A stretch of DNA of 64,000 nucleotides, from positions 1,865 to 65,864 of IMG/VR virus record IMGVR_UViG_3300033067_002207; one strand, given 5' to 3'. This document shows, one piece after another, positions 52,979 through 61,544 of this stretch. The first letter of the stretch is position 1; each line of letters begins with the position of its first letter. Position numbers and translations under genes: made by a program. This stretch comes from a virus (lineage: Duplodnaviria; Caudoviricetes). A model generated the notes under the pieces. It was not told where the DNA came from, made no database searches, and saw nothing but the letters and a program-made list of their open reading frames with translations.

Positions 52979-54367
52979 TCAACTCGGCCTCTGACCAGCC
53001 TGCATTTTGAGGTATGCGAAGACGCTGTCCACAACCTCTTGGCGTTGGCCGAGCGTTCCGTACACCGCCCGGTCGATCGTGTTCTCAGCCACGATGCGGT
53101 AAAAGTGGCATGTCCGGCTTTGGCCCGGCCGGTGAATTCTCTTTAAACTTTGTTCCATCAACGCCCCGTTAAAGCAGGGCGAATAATAGATGCCGTAACA
53201 GGCCCGCGTCAGGTCGATGCCGACGCCGCCCGACTGCAGTTGCACCCCCATCAGGTCTACCCAGTCCGGCATTTTCGAATGCTCGGTCAGGTCCGTGCGA
53301 TCGCCTGAGATTTCTCCGTACCGCCGTCCAAATCGTTCCGCGACCCGCCGCGCGACGGCCAGGTCGTGCTTGTACCAGGAGAACACCACGACCGGGTCGC
53401 CGGGGGCGATGTCCTCCAGCAGGCCCATCAGCATGTTCTCTTTGGCGTCATCGACGTCCTGGATCACCTCGTCTTCCGTCTTCACGAACCCGGAGCAGAT
53501 CTGCTGCAGCCGGATGATTTTCACCAGGGCGTTCGCCGCGGTCACCACGCCGGCCTCGACCTCGGTGATCAACTCGCGTTCCATCTCGTCGTACAGCCGC
53601 TGGGCTTTCTGGCTGAGTTCGCAGGTAATCGTGGTGTCGGTGTATTCGGGCAGTTCCGGCCCGCCCAGCCCGTCGTCGTAAAAACTGATCGATGAAAACT
53701 TCTCGTTGAATTCTTCCTCGTTCAACCAGTCCTGGACCTTACCGGGAAACAGGGCGTGCATCTTGGCGAACCGCGTGCGGAATTCGACATAGTTCATCCC
53801 GAAGACGCGAGGGTCCAGAAAGCGGAACTGACTAAAGGCGTCGAGCTTCGAATGCGGCAGCGGGGTGCCGCTCAGCCCCAGCTTGCGTTTGCCGACGAAG
53901 CCCAGCTTTCCGAACATCTTACCCGTCGCCCCGGTGGGGTCTTTCGCCCGGTGAATCTCGTCGGCGATAATCAAATCCCACAATCGCTTCAGCATGAAGT
54001 TCTGGAAGTCAGGGCGAATCGCGGTTTCGTAATTGACCACGATCGCGACCGGCTGGCCCATCGCCTGGCCCATGATCAAAGCGTCGGTCGCCCGGCGAAT
54101 CTTCGCCTTGGTATCGTCGGATTTCTTGTTCAGCACGACGACGTTGGTTTTGATCGACGAGTGGTACTCAAACTCGCGGGGCCAGACGCCCATCGCCGTG
54201 GCCGGCACAATGATCAGGATGGACCGGGCCTGCATCGCCTCGGCAACCTTGATGGCGACCAGGCTCTTGCCGCGGCCCATCTTCAGCGGCAACAAGCAGC
54301 CGCGGTGCTGCATCGCAAACTCAAACGCTTTTACCTGGTGCGGCCACGGTTTTGTTTTCCCGGTCAT
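52979..54367 (-). CDS. SF2 (SNF2-like) helicase
   Basis: MGRGKS, ADEIH, GLSGTP, SGGVGIDL and RIHRPGQ. Confidence 0.93.
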   Translation of the reverse strand: MTGKTKPWPHQVKAFEFAMQHRGCLLPLKMGRGKSLVAIKVAEAMQARSILIIVPATAMGVWPREFEYHSSIKTNVVVLNKKSDDTKAKIRRATDALIMGQAMGQPVAIVVNYETAIRPDFQNFMLKRLWDLIIADEIHRAKDPTGATGKMFGKLGFVGKRKLGLSGTPLPHSKLDAFSQFRFLDPRVFGMNYVEFRTRFAKMHALFPGKVQDWLNEEEFNEKFSSISFYDDGLGGPELPEYTDTTITCELSQKAQRLYDEMERELITEVEAGVVTAANALVKIIRLQQICSGFVKTEDEVIQDVDDAKENMLMGLLEDIAPGDPVVVFSWYKHDLAVARRVAERFGRRYGEISGDRTDLTEHSKMPDWVDLMGVQLQSGGVGIDLTRACYGIYYSPCFNGALMEQSLKRIHRPGQSRTCHFYRIVAENTIDRAVYGTLGQRQEVVDSVFAYLKMQAGQRPS

Positions 54368-54651
54368 CGCTTCTCCTGGCGTCCAGCGGTGCGAATCGGC
54401 GTGACGGTCACGGGGGCGGGAACGTACTCGCTGACCACCAGCGGCGAGGTCCGCTCGCGGTTCAGCACGACGACGCCGTTTTCGTCGGTGATGTGACGCC
54501 TGAGGAACCCCGTAGCGGTATCCACCGCCAGCACGTGAGCGTGCGTCCGGCCGTCGGCGTCGATCACATCCGCCGCCGAATGGACCGCCTCAAACGGCGG
54601 GTGAAACTTCTGCAGGTCATCGTCCAGGACGCCCCAATGGTAGCGGGCCAT
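54364..54651 (-). CDS. Hypothetical protein
   Basis: SD AAGGA before ATG 54651; coupled to the helicase. Confidence 0.65.
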   Translation of the reverse strand: MARYHWGVLDDDLQKFHPPFEAVHSAADVIDADGRTHAHVLAVDTATGFLRRHITDENGVVVLNRERTSPLVVSEYVPAPVTVTPIRTAGRQEKR

Positions 54652-54652
54652 A

Positions 54653-54991
54653 TCAGTTTCCTTCGTGAGCCGTTTGGGATGTGATGTAATCGTGCAGCAG
54701 GTTGTTGATCTTGATATACAGGTCGTGCGCGTCTTGACTGGACTGATCGCTGGTTTTGTGCGGCAGCTTCGCGCGAACGAGATGAGTCTCCAAGCGAGCA
54801 ATCGCGGCCAGGATCAGCCCCTCGATGATCGCCTGACTGGTGTACCCGAGTTGCCGCGGCAACCCGCAGATTACCTGGTTGAATAGCTCCGCAACCTGCG
54901 TTTCGGATTTGAAATCGATGTTGGATAGGCCGACCAGAATGTCGGTGACGTGAATGGGGATGGCGTCAGGGGGGATCTGCGGTTCATCCAT
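54653..54991 (-). CDS. Hypothetical protein
   Basis: ATG 54991 downstream of the tRNA-like element. Confidence 0.6.
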   Translation of the reverse strand: MDEPQIPPDAIPIHVTDILVGLSNIDFKSETQVAELFNQVICGLPRQLGYTSQAIIEGLILAAIARLETHLVRAKLPHKTSDQSSQDAHDLYIKINNLLHDYITSQTAHEGN

Positions 54992-55031
54992 CGCGGTCTG
55001 CTTTCTAACGGGGGAATAGAGACGGGGGAAG

Positions 55032-55101
55032 GGCAGGGGGCTGGACTCGAACCAGCATCGCGGCATTTGAGACCCGCAGCCTACCGTTGGCAGACCCCCG
55101 C
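55032..55101 (-). tRNA. Atypical tRNA or tRNA-like element; anticodon CAA in a short-variable-arm body
   Basis: GCGGGGG/CCCCTGC acceptor stem, GCC-AACGGTA-GGC D arm, GCTGG-TTCGAGT-CCAGC T arm, loop CTCAAAT; irregular anticodon stem; no encoded CCA. Confidence 0.7.
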
Positions 55102-55152
55102 CATCGGCCGCGACCTGAGATTCCCCCTTCAGGCCGCGGCCCGCGTTGCGGC

Positions 55153-55944
55153 TCACGGGGAGCCGGCGAACACGTTCTCTTCGCTCGCGCCGAGCATGCT
55201 GATCAGCCGCGCGCGGAGCAGTTCGATGGCGTCACACTGAGCCAGGTCCAACTGACCGGGGAACGGCCGGACGATGATCTTCTCCTGCTCGGTATCGACC
55301 ACCACCGAGCATTCGACGGTCACCTCGCCCGGCATCTGCTCACTGAGCGACGGGAACGGCTCGAAGGAGATCGACAGTTCGGGCGGGATGTCGCCGGCCG
55401 CGTTCACCTCGGACGACCGCTCACGGGCCAGCGTCGACCTGACCGTGCCGACCACCGCATCCGTCTTTGAGGTTTGCTCGAAGTGCAGCTTCGAGATCAC
55501 CGACTCAAAATTCTCCGGGGCGATCCCTGCGGCTCGCAGGTCGTGCCGCAGGGCCAGCACCAGCCCCTTCTGATCACTCGGCAGCTTCGCCAAGGTTTCA
55601 AAGATCGGCGACGGCTTGAGCGGCAGCACCAATCGGTTCTGACGATCTCCGTAGTCTTCCGAGACGCTGCCGTCGTCCAGGATCACCACGACCTGCGTCA
55701 GGCTGATCCAGACGCTGGCCGAGGGGGAATCCTGAGTGTACCGCGAATAAGCGCCGACCAGGCTTTGCAGCGTGGTCAGGGTGTGCGCTCGCGGCTTCAG
55801 GTTCAGGTCGAACTTCTCTACCGCACCGAGCTTCGGGTTCCAGACGTACGCCGTCGATGGATCGTGCGGGTCGAGCGGCAGTCGCTCCGGGGTCATCCCG
55901 GAGACCGCCATTTGGGTCAATTCTTGCAACGCATCTTGGAGCAT
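55153..55944 (-). CDS. Hypothetical protein (weakly YfdQ/DUF2303-like)
   Basis: PRAHTLTTLQSL..Y...L.L..S..F pattern. Confidence 0.55.
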   Translation of the reverse strand: MLQDALQELTQMAVSGMTPERLPLDPHDPSTAYVWNPKLGAVEKFDLNLKPRAHTLTTLQSLVGAYSRYTQDSPSASVWISLTQVVVILDDGSVSEDYGDRQNRLVLPLKPSPIFETLAKLPSDQKGLVLALRHDLRAAGIAPENFESVISKLHFEQTSKTDAVVGTVRSTLARERSSEVNAAGDIPPELSISFEPFPSLSEQMPGEVTVECSVVVDTEQEKIIVRPFPGQLDLAQCDAIELLRARLISMLGASEENVFAGSP

Positions 55945-56005
55945 GGTTCTTTGCTTTCAAACGGGGAACGGGGAATTGAAAAATGAAATCGTGATCCTGA
56001 GCAGT

Positions 56006-56383
56006 TCAGGAACGGTTCGGCGGCGTTGGCGGCGGCGGTGAATCATCCTGGTGGAAGCCCATCGTCCGCTGGTTCGGGTTATCCGGGGCTTCCGGCTGGA
56101 ACGCCAGCCCGCCGTCAGCCGGCCGCATGGCGACCACCACGGACTGCGACGGCATACTCTTCTTGAGATCGAACGTCACATCGACCCGCGCCAGGTCGCG
56201 TCCGTCAATCATCGGCTTCAGGGAGATCTTCAAATTGACGTCGCGGGCCGTGGTCAGGGCCGGCCGCGATTCGCAGTCCAGGTAGCACTGGTGAATCGCC
56301 TTGTTGATGGCGATCGCCAGTTCGCCGTAATCGATCTGGTCGATCTCCTCGATCTTGAACAGCCGCAGGTTGGGGTCAGTCAT
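56006..56383 (-). CDS. Hypothetical protein
   Basis: Coupled to csrA; partner of the downstream gene. Confidence 0.7.
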   Translation of the reverse strand: MTDPNLRLFKIEEIDQIDYGELAIAINKAIHQCYLDCESRPALTTARDVNLKISLKPMIDGRDLARVDVTFDLKKSMPSQSVVVAMRPADGGLAFQPEAPDNPNQRTMGFHQDDSPPPPTPPNRS

Positions 56384-56553
56384 GGCTTCTCCGGAAAAGA
56401 ACGAGACGGCGGAACGGCCGGCCCCCGAACGATCGGGATCGATGTATCAGCCGTGACGCCCAGCTTCACTTTGCCCGCCGAGACGGACAATACCTTCACG
56501 CGCGTTTCGCCGATCAGAATCTCTTCGTCGATCTTCCTGGTCAACACCAACAT
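56380..56553 (-). CDS. csrA: Carbon storage regulator (CsrA/RsmA) homologue
   Basis: MLVLTRKIDEEILIG...VKVLSV..GKVKLGV.A...IPIVR; SD GGAG. Confidence 0.92.
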   Translation of the reverse strand: MLVLTRKIDEEILIGETRVKVLSVSAGKVKLGVTADTSIPIVRGPAVPPSRSFPEKP

Positions 56554-56607
56554 GTTCGCGTCTCCAATCAAGGCCTCCGTGCCGCTGCGAAATGCGAGCG
56601 GTCGCGG

Positions 56608-56636
56608 ATGGTAAGGGGACGCGACAAATTTGTCAA
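56608..56636 (-). promoter_or_regulatory. Sigma70 promoter with operator, driving the csrA/replication operon
   Basis: TTGACA-N17-TACCAT; perfect palindrome GACAAATTTGTC over the -35. Confidence 0.8.
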
Positions 56637-56918
56637 TCAGGCTTTTGCGGATTTGCGGGGCGGGGCTGACTCAGGCCGGGCGAAAAGGGACTCGACGGTC
56701 ACGTTCAACGCGTTGGAGACGTTGATGATCAGCGAGGCCGATGGGTCCGAATGACCGTACACGATCCGCTGCAGGCTGCGATAACACAGGCCCGTGGTCT
56801 TCGCGAGCGAGCGGGCTGACAGCCCGCGTTCCTCAAACAGGCGGCGCAGGTTGCCGGCCAGGGTCTCGCGGACTTCGTCGCGGGTCATCGGGCGGAATTC
56901 GGGGGGCTTGGTCTTCAT
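56637..56918 (-). CDS. XRE-family repressor
   Basis: LAGNLRRLFEERGLSARSLA...LQRI..G.SDP.A..I..VS.AL.V..E.L; next to divergent promoters. Confidence 0.88.
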   Translation of the reverse strand: MKTKPPEFRPMTRDEVRETLAGNLRRLFEERGLSARSLAKTTGLCYRSLQRIVYGHSDPSASLIINVSNALNVTVESLFARPESAPPRKSAKA

Positions 56919-56925
56919 GCCGGAA

Positions 56926-56954
56926 ATCCTAATTCGCCGCGACGGATTCGTCAA
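56926..56954 (-). promoter_or_regulatory. Sigma70 promoter with operator; leaderless repressor mRNA
   Basis: TTGACG-N17-TAGGAT-N7-ATG; contains TTGAC-GAATCC-GTCGC. Confidence 0.75.
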
Positions 56955-56976
56955 CCAGAATCAGCCAACAGCGGCG

Positions 56977-57006
56977 TTGACAAATTAGTCGCACAGCCGC
57001 TACCGT
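56977..57006 (+). promoter_or_regulatory. Rightward sigma70 promoter with operator
   Basis: TTGACA-N18-TACCGT; contains TTGAC-AAATTA-GTCGC. Confidence 0.7.
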
Positions 57007-57035
57007 GGGCCTTTCTGAAAATTGTGGGTGTTTCG

Positions 57036-57068
57036 GTGATCCGCCCGGCCTGACGCCGCGTTATCACC
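57036..57068 (+). promoter_or_regulatory. ECF-type promoter, copy 4
   Basis: GTGATC-N17-CGTTATCACC, followed by an ACCAACC-AGGAG leader like copies 1 and 2. Confidence 0.65.
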
Positions 57069-57112
57069 GGCACGCCGACCGCGGGGGCCGGCGACACCAA
57101 CCAGGAGCGACC

Positions 57113-57349
57113 ATGAACCAGTTACAGCGAAGCAGCGAGGCACGCCAGCGGCACGAATCGGTGCGGGAAATCGCCACGATCTTGTCCAAGCTGCTGCCGG
57201 AACAGACGATGGCCGATCTGATGAACTGCCTTTTATGCTGCAATTACGAAGAAGCGTTAAGCGACGCCGAGGCGGAAACTGGGTCGCGGTTGTTCGATTT
57301 GCTGACGGAGATGCGGCCTGACGCGGTGTCGGTCGCGGTGCGAGGGTAG
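57113..57349 (+). CDS. Hypothetical protein
   Basis: SD CAGGAG before ATG 57113. Confidence 0.7.
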   Translation: MNQLQRSSEARQRHESVREIATILSKLLPEQTMADLMNCLLCCNYEEALSDAEAETGSRLFDLLTEMRPDAVSVAVRG

Positions 57350-57370
57350 CGGTTAAGAAAGGACCGAATC

Positions 57371-57874
57371 ATGGGTTTGGCGATCACGGCGTACAGCGGG
57401 CTGGCAAAGCGTTCCTCGGCTCACGAAGAAGCGAGCGGCGACCCGCGGGTCGAGTTTTACATCAACGAGGATTTCCCTGACCGGAACCTGCCGATCGAGG
57501 AAGGTGAAAAGTACGGGTTCGACGACCGCTACGATTTCCACGTCGGTCCGTATTCTTACTACAACCAGTTTCGCGAGGCGGTGGCGAAGCTGGCGGGATA
57601 CCCGGCGGTGCCGTCTGACCGGCACGGGGTCGTCGAGCAGCGTCACGACGTCGGTGCCTGGGCCGCGCAAGAGGGGCCGCTGTGGGAACTGATCAACTTC
57701 TCGGACTGCAGCGGGGTCATCGGCAGCGTGGCGGCGGCGAAGCTGATCCAGGATTTTGACCGGCTGGCCGACCGCGTCGGCGAACTGAACGACGAAGATT
57801 ACCAGCACCTGTTCGGGGAGTTCCGAACGGCATTTCAGATGGCGGCGAACGGCGGGGCGGTGGTCTTTCACTGA
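57371..57874 (+). CDS. Hypothetical protein
   Basis: SD AAAGGA; MGL.I.AY...WELINFSDCSGVIG pattern. Confidence 0.75.
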   Translation: MGLAITAYSGLAKRSSAHEEASGDPRVEFYINEDFPDRNLPIEEGEKYGFDDRYDFHVGPYSYYNQFREAVAKLAGYPAVPSDRHGVVEQRHDVGAWAAQEGPLWELINFSDCSGVIGSVAAAKLIQDFDRLADRVGELNDEDYQHLFGEFRTAFQMAANGGAVVFH

Positions 57875-57884
57875 GGAGCCAAGG

Positions 57885-58442
57885 ATGACTCGCAAGCGTA
57901 AGCAGCAGAAGCGAAAGCATTATCGGGTGACGCCGCAACACGCCAAGCTGGCGATCGGGGCGAGGTGTGATCACCCCCGCCCTGAGTGCGGGGCCGGCAT
58001 GTACCTGATGCCTTCGCGGTACGGGCTGTTCTACGGGTGCCAGAATTATCCGAAATGCCGCGGTTCGCACGGGGCGCACCAGCACACCGGCCAGCCCCTG
58101 GGCGTCCCGGCTAACGCCGCGACGAAGCAGCTACGGATCAGGCTGCACGAGGTGTTCGATCCGTTGTGGAAGACGGGCGGGATGACCCGCAACGACGCTT
58201 ACGCCAGCCTGGCTCGGCTGCTGGGCATCTCACGGGCGAAGTGCCACATCGGCATGTTCAGCGAGGCCCAGTGCCGCCTCGCACTTCATTTGTTGCAAAG
58301 GAAACCAGGCGATGTTGGAACGGGATCGGGAGTACTCCTGGAGAACGGAATGGATGGGCTGGGCGATCCGGTATCAGCGGCGTCCGGCCAGCAATCTGTG
58401 GGGCCGCTTCGGCGGTGGATGGCAGTGGAAGGTGGGGATTGA
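57885..58442 (+). CDS. Zinc-finger protein (DUF3268-like with a topoisomerase-type zinc ribbon)
   Basis: CGAGM...FYGC..YPKC...PLG..A...R...H..FDPLW...R..AY..LA..LG...CHIG.F...C. Confidence 0.75.
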   Translation: MTRKRKQQKRKHYRVTPQHAKLAIGARCDHPRPECGAGMYLMPSRYGLFYGCQNYPKCRGSHGAHQHTGQPLGVPANAATKQLRIRLHEVFDPLWKTGGMTRNDAYASLARLLGISRAKCHIGMFSEAQCRLALHLLQRKPGDVGTGSGVLLENGMDGLGDPVSAASGQQSVGPLRRWMAVEGGD

Positions 58443-58566
58443 TGTCGGCGGTCAGTCCGTGATCTTCAACCTGCTGGTTGCGACACTGCGGATTGATCCG
58501 GCGAAGACCCCCGGCCCGGTCGGGCGGCACCTGGCTCAGCTACGGCAAGAATGGGGGATCGAATGA
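58312..58566 (+). CDS. Hypothetical protein
   Basis: Trp/Gly-rich (SNLWGRFGGGWQWKVG); ATGA-coupled downstream; overlaps the tail of the previous ORF. Confidence 0.6.
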   Translation: MLERDREYSWRTEWMGWAIRYQRRPASNLWGRFGGGWQWKVGIDVGGQSVIFNLLVATLRIDPAKTPGPVGRHLAQLRQEWGIE

Positions 58567-58889
58567 AAGCGACAAGACCACATTTGGAGTTTGCCGGCCT
58601 CCAGGACGAGGCCCTGATCCTGGCGCTCTTGCCCGGCGTCCATAGCAAGATCACCGAGCAGTTTGCCCTGATCCGCAACGGCGGGCTTCCGTTTTATCAC
58701 CGCCGCGGGGTCGACCCGCACATGATCGGGCTGGTGCATCGGGCCGAAAACGTGCTGAACCGGTTGCGGAATCAGGGCCGCGTCGAATGTCACGAGAGGT
58801 TGACCGCCACAGGCAGGTGCTGCCGGCGGGAATGGAAGCGAACCGAAACGACTGCAGGTCAGGCCCAACAGGAAAAGGAGGGGACATGA
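58563..58889 (+). CDS. Hypothetical protein
   Basis: Coupled ORF. Confidence 0.55.
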   Translation: MKATRPHLEFAGLQDEALILALLPGVHSKITEQFALIRNGGLPFYHRRGVDPHMIGLVHRAENVLNRLRNQGRVECHERLTATGRCCRREWKRTETTAGQAQQEKEGT

Positions 58890-59194
58890 TCTGGTTAAGA
58901 CATTGGGATGACAACGGGCAATATTGCCTGACCGGCCAGGACGGCGTTTTTCAGATTTTGAGCCACACGCGGTACGGGCCGACGCCTTGCGATTTCATAA
59001 ACACCGTGGCGTGCGATCAGAACCTGGCGAATTACTACCTTGATTACGGCGAGATCGCGGCTGGCCTGAAGCGGCTGGCCGCGGCGGAAGCGGCGAAAGC
59101 GACGGAAGCGGCGAAAGCGACGGAAGCGGCGAAAGCGGATTATGGAAAACCGCCTTGGTGGAAGCGGGTTTTTTTGTTTTTGAGTGAACTGTAA
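58886..59194 (+). CDS. Hypothetical protein with EAAKAT repeats and a PWWKRV-type amphipathic tail
   Basis: SD AAGGAGG; 18-bp tandem repeat. Confidence 0.7.
   Translation: MIWLRHWDDNGQYCLTGQDGVFQILSHTRYGPTPCDFINTVACDQNLANYYLDYGEIAAGLKRLAAAEAAKATEAAKATEAAKADYGKPPWWKRVFLFLSEL
59087..59137 (+). repeat. 18-bp tandem repeat, about 3 copies
   Basis: GAAGCGGCGAAAGCGACG, encoding EAAKAT. Confidence 0.9.
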
Positions 59195-59205
59195 AGGAGA
59201 AACCA

Positions 59206-59577
59206 ATGATCCTGGTGTTTGAACTGACGATGGCCAACTGCCCGTCCTGGAACGGGCGTTGGTCAGGTGAGGACCGCGGGCATTACCTGTTCAAGAACTT
59301 CATGGGGGCCAAAGGCGGCATGCGGGCGGCGAAGCTGATCGCCGATGGGCCGTACCGATACCAGTGGGACGACGGCTGGGCCGCGCTGATCAGCGTTCGC
59401 GAAGTGGACGCCGATGAGGCCCGCCGCCTGAGGAGCCGCAACGCGGGCTTCTGCGGGTACGACTGGATGGTCGAGACGATCGTGCTGTACGGCCAGCCGC
59501 TGGCCGCTCACCAGATCAAACCGTTTGTGGAACAGCGGCGGCTGCAACTTTTGGAGAACAAAAATGTCAGAAGCTAA
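59206..59577 (+). CDS. Hypothetical protein
   Basis: SD AAGGAG; LVFELTM..CPSWNGRWSGE. Confidence 0.75.
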   Translation: MILVFELTMANCPSWNGRWSGEDRGHYLFKNFMGAKGGMRAAKLIADGPYRYQWDDGWAALISVREVDADEARRLRSRNAGFCGYDWMVETIVLYGQPLAAHQIKPFVEQRRLQLLENKNVRS

Positions 59578-59983
59578 GATCAGGTCGTTTCAGTGTGCCT
59601 GCGATGCAGAGTTGCCGTATCCTAAACCAGGGGCGTTTCGGAATTGCGACAATTGTGGCCGCAGGTATCGGCACGAATGCCAAGTCCGCGAGGGGGTCAC
59701 CTGGGGTCGCATCGTGGAGGCCCGCGGCCCGTGGGGAATTCCTGATGGCTGGAACAATATCAGCACCGCCCCGCACAAGAAGTTCTTGTTGCTGCTGTGC
59801 GAGTCGCAGACGGTCAACCTGCCGTTCGTGGTGCTGACCGGAAAGCTGGACCCGGATTATCGTCCGTTTTGGGTAGACGAGCGGGGCGACGGCCTGAGCG
59901 ACGGCGGGTACAAGCCGATTGCGTATCGCTACCTGTCAGACCTGAACGTCCCGCAAAGCCGGATAGAAAGGACCGCCAAGTGA
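59564..59983 (+). CDS. Zinc ribbon plus DUF551-like protein
   Basis: CAC...CDNCG; WNNISTAP...W pattern; SD GGAG. Confidence 0.6.
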   Translation: MSEAKIRSFQCACDAELPYPKPGAFRNCDNCGRRYRHECQVREGVTWGRIVEARGPWGIPDGWNNISTAPHKKFLLLLCESQTVNLPFVVLTGKLDPDYRPFWVDERGDGLSDGGYKPIAYRYLSDLNVPQSRIERTAK

Positions 59984-60291
59984 TCACTCAAGAAACCGCC
60001 GGCCGCATTTGGAACTGCTATCGAGAGATTGCAGTTGGCGAAAAGCTGCTGGAAGATATGACCGAATCAGAGCGCGAGTACGACCAGGACGTGAGGCGTT
60101 CGTCCCTGAAGGATGCGTTCGGTCATCGCCGGCATTTGACCCTGGGCGTCCCGTCCTCTGACTCATCAAGCCGGATTCTTGATGTCGCCCCGGCGCTTGC
60201 CAGATCCGTGATCAACGCCCACATCGCCAACAAGCGGGCCGAGCTTGCGGAAGCGAACGAGCAGGCACGGATTGAACTGGGGGCCAAATGA
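59980..60291 (+). CDS. Hypothetical protein
   Basis: GTG start coupled to the upstream stop; SD AAAGGA. Confidence 0.7.
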   Translation: MITQETAGRIWNCYREIAVGEKLLEDMTESEREYDQDVRRSSLKDAFGHRRHLTLGVPSSDSSSRILDVAPALARSVINAHIANKRAELAEANEQARIELGAK

Positions 60292-60689
60292 CCTATCAAC
60301 CACACCCGCTGCGTATCCAGCGGAAGCGAACACGGGGCTGGCGGATGCCTGACGGGGCGGTGTACGTCGGCCGGCCGAGTCGGTGGGGGAACCCATTTCG
60401 GCCAGCGGTGAACGACACGGTGGAGTACGCCGTAGCGGCGTTTCGGGCACTGCTAACATTCGATCATCAGTGGTTCCGGTCGCACGGCGGATACACAGAT
60501 TACGCCGGGTTCATCATGTCCTATGTGCTTCTAGACGAGGATGACGTCTGGGAATTACTGGAGCCGCTTCGTGGCAAACAGCTTGCCTGCTGGTGCCCGC
60601 TGACCCGCCCGTGCCACGCCGACGTGTTGTGCGAACTGGCGAACCGGCCCCGTAAACCTAGACGCAGCAAACACCTGCGAAAAGCATAA
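60288..60689 (+). CDS. DUF4326 domain protein
   Basis: RIQRKR..GWR.P.GAVYVGRPSRWGNPF...LRGKQLACWC....CHADVL. Confidence 0.92.
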   Translation: MTYQPHPLRIQRKRTRGWRMPDGAVYVGRPSRWGNPFRPAVNDTVEYAVAAFRALLTFDHQWFRSHGGYTDYAGFIMSYVLLDEDDVWELLEPLRGKQLACWCPLTRPCHADVLCELANRPRKPRRSKHLRKA

Positions 60690-60704
60690 AACCTGTTGGT
60701 TTTC

Positions 60705-60735
60705 GTGAACCGCGGGGCCGGGGCTGCGTTTTGCT
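60705..60735 (+). promoter_or_regulatory. ECF-type promoter, copy 5 (degenerate)
   Basis: GTGAAC-N16-CGTTTTGCT with CGCGG..CTGCG flanks. Confidence 0.45.
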
Positions 60736-60775
60736 GGTATAGGACGACAAAACCCCTGACCTGAAAGGCACAGCG

Positions 60776-61510
60776 ATGATCACCGAAACCAAACGCCCCG
60801 CCGAGCAGCGATATCACAAGTGGGAAGACGCCGGCCTGGGGGCCGGACCCTACCGCTTCCTGGACGTCTTCAGCATCCCCTCGCCGCCTGACGCATCCGC
60901 GATCGGTGCGGTCGAAGCGTACAACGCCGCCCTGACCGACCTCGCTCACAAGCAGCGGTCCTTGGGCGTGACCGGGGGAAGCTGCCAGGTCTGCGGGATG
61001 CCGCTGACGCACAACTATGTGTTCCAAAACGCGGCCGGACAGCGGTTCGTAGTGGGCTGCGATTGTGCGGACCGGGCCGGCGAGATGACCAGCGCCGCCG
61101 AGCAGGCGTTCAAACGGTCCCAGGCCGCGAAGCAAGCCGCCGAGACTCGCGCCCGCTGGAACGCTCAGCTTGACGCCCTGGGTGCGGACGGGTTCGTCAG
61201 CCTGAACCAGGTGCGGTCAGACGCCCGCCGCCTCGCCCAAGCCGAATGGCAGCGGGCACAGGCTCAGATGGCGGTCGAGGCCGCTCAGCAAAACCTCTGG
61301 CTGATCCAAGCCCTGGACGGGATGAGCGGTTCCTTCGCCCCCGCGATGGTCGAACGGCTCAGCACCCATTACCTGAGCGAGCAGCACTTCACGCCGCGGC
61401 AGATCTCCGCGATGGCAAACATCTACGGCAAGCTGCATGGGCGGGCCGGCAGCAAAAAGTACAACGCCGCGGTCGATGAGTTCTACCAGAAGGCAGGAAT
61501 CGAAGGCTGA
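60776..61510 (+). CDS. Hypothetical protein with a zinc ribbon
   Basis: SD GAAAGG; CQVCG...VGCDCA. Confidence 0.75.
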   Translation: MITETKRPAEQRYHKWEDAGLGAGPYRFLDVFSIPSPPDASAIGAVEAYNAALTDLAHKQRSLGVTGGSCQVCGMPLTHNYVFQNAAGQRFVVGCDCADRAGEMTSAAEQAFKRSQAAKQAAETRARWNAQLDALGADGFVSLNQVRSDARRLAQAEWQRAQAQMAVEAAQQNLWLIQALDGMSGSFAPAMVERLSTHYLSEQHFTPRQISAMANIYGKLHGRAGSKKYNAAVDEFYQKAGIEG

Positions 61511-61544
61511 TCACCGGCACCACCTGACCCGAAAGGACCCACCA

